From assembly GCF_035594765.1 (NCBI RefSeq), contig NC_085842.1:1302001-1366000 (forward strand): a DNA stretch of 64,000 bases. The letters are read 5' to 3'. Shown piece after piece: positions 62,658-64,000 of this stretch. The notes under the pieces were generated by a model that was not told the origin of the DNA, did not search any database, and saw only the letters and a list, made by a program, of their open reading frames with translations. Numbering within the stretch: position 1 is the stretch's first letter; each line of letters begins with the position of its first letter. This DNA is from Anolis carolinensis (taxonomy: Eukaryota). A program made the position numbers and the translations under genes.

Positions 62658-63901
62658 TTTTGTCATCAAGATTGGTCCTTGCTCTGCTCCCAAGAAGTAA
62701 AAACACATCCCAACTGTCAATCAGGAGACAAAGGGAAGGGATTCCCTCAGCCTATTGTGAAACTAGCTCACTGTTTCTCATTGGGGACTGCAGACTTGAG
62801 CAGCGTGGGGTTGAATCACAACAAATGTATCAGCAGCTCTTTCCTCTGGGACACAGTCTTGTCCTTCCTCCCAAACTGGGATGGTGTGGAGGCAGTCTCT
62901 TCTCTCTCACGTGGGATGTTATGCGGATTCCACTCTATCTGGCTGAGTCCTACAGACATCCCTTTTTTGTTCCCTTCTCTACCTTCATCATTGTTCTCCA
63001 CTTTATCTTTACAATCACGGTTTTGCACATTCACAACTTTGTCAGGCAAATCTATCCCTTTGGAACTCATATTTACAGGACTGTAAAAGTCTTCCCAGGA
63101 CTGAACTTTTTATGTACTTAAATTCCGACAGTGTTGTTTTATGCAACTCATTCTTTATTTGTAGTCAATTTTTAGTAGTCAATGTTTTTGAAGTCAATGT
63201 TTCCAATACATTGTGATGTTTTGGTGATAAATTCATAAATACAGTAATTAATCCATAATGTTACTGTGTATCGAACTGCTTTTTCTATTGATTTGTTGTA
63301 AAACATGATGCTTTGGTGCTTAATTTGTAAAATCATAAAGTAATTTGATGTTTAATAGGCTTTTCCTTAATCCCTCCTTATTATCCAACATTTTTGATTA
63401 TCGAACATTCTGCTGGCCAGTTTATGTTGGATAAATGAGACTGCTGTACTCTGAAATTAGGTATGGGACCTTCTACGTTGGAATGGAAAAATCCAGCCTT
63501 AAGGGATCATGGAGAGAGAGAACTGGGATTGGGGGAGAGAAAGAAAAAGGAGGGAACGATGATGAAATGGGTGGTAGCTAGGTAAAGTCTAAAGACAGAG
63601 AAAAAGGCCAGCATTTGGATGTGAAGGGAAAAGGCATCCATTCCCCAGAGAGAAGGAGACGGAATAAAAAACCGGGCTGGAATGAGCAATAGGAAGCCTC
63701 TGGAGCATATGTTACTCATCTCTCTCTTAGAGGCTCTAGGCATCTTTGCTGAACAAGGGGTGGGGAAAGGACAACATGTATATCTTCTTTTCCTCCATGT
63801 CTATGTTGTTTTGAGGATAATTTCAATCCACTTCTTATCCCACTTCCTTAGAGTCCTTATCACTCACGCTGAGGAATGATTCTTTCTGTTCTTCTTCACA
63901 G

Positions 63902-64000
63902 TAGATAACGGGGAGAAGAGCCCAGTATGCACTGAATGCAGGAAGCATTTGGGGCACAACGCGGGCCTTTGTCGAGACCAGCAAGCCCACACAGAAGATG
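63902..64000 (+). CDS. Start of the zinc-finger exon of the KRAB-ZNF gene (runs off the window end)
   Basis: Acceptor ttcttcttcacag; the phase-1 join to the KRAB exon reads VDNGEKSPVCTECRKHLGHNAGLCRDQQAHTED (degenerate finger). Confidence 0.75.

Overview
Eukaryotic, repeat-dense vertebrate DNA. The repeat set (Sauria-type and L2-tailed tRNA SINEs, CR1, L2, L1, RTE, R4/Dong, Penelope, Helitron, hAT and Tc1/mariner MITEs, Gypsy) points to a squamate, probably Anolis; this is an inference from recognised repeats. The window is a tandem C2H2 zinc-finger cluster. Four paralogous minus-strand finger-array exons start at 573 (cut by the window edge), 14170, 37729 and 49404. Each lies downstream of a related CpG-rich ETS/YY1 promoter block, and I found no minus-strand KRAB exon for any of them. 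A divergent plus-strand KRAB-ZNF gene has a 127-bp KRAB-A exon (58985-59111) in frame with a finger exon starting at 63902. The most striking structure is a young Tf1/sushi-type Gypsy element (49489-54083) lacking protease and RT. It has a self-priming PBS and an LTR / inverted-U3 / LTR triplet whose junction falls exactly on the self-primer, as expected for an integrated snap-back reverse-transcription product. Also present: Penelope hammerhead ribozyme motifs, TE-supplied stop codons in two ZNF genes, solo-LTR-like elements with an internal PBS, a class I ERV gag-pro remnant, deep TE nesting and a 196-N gap. All coordinates were read by eye; TE family names need confirmation by database search.
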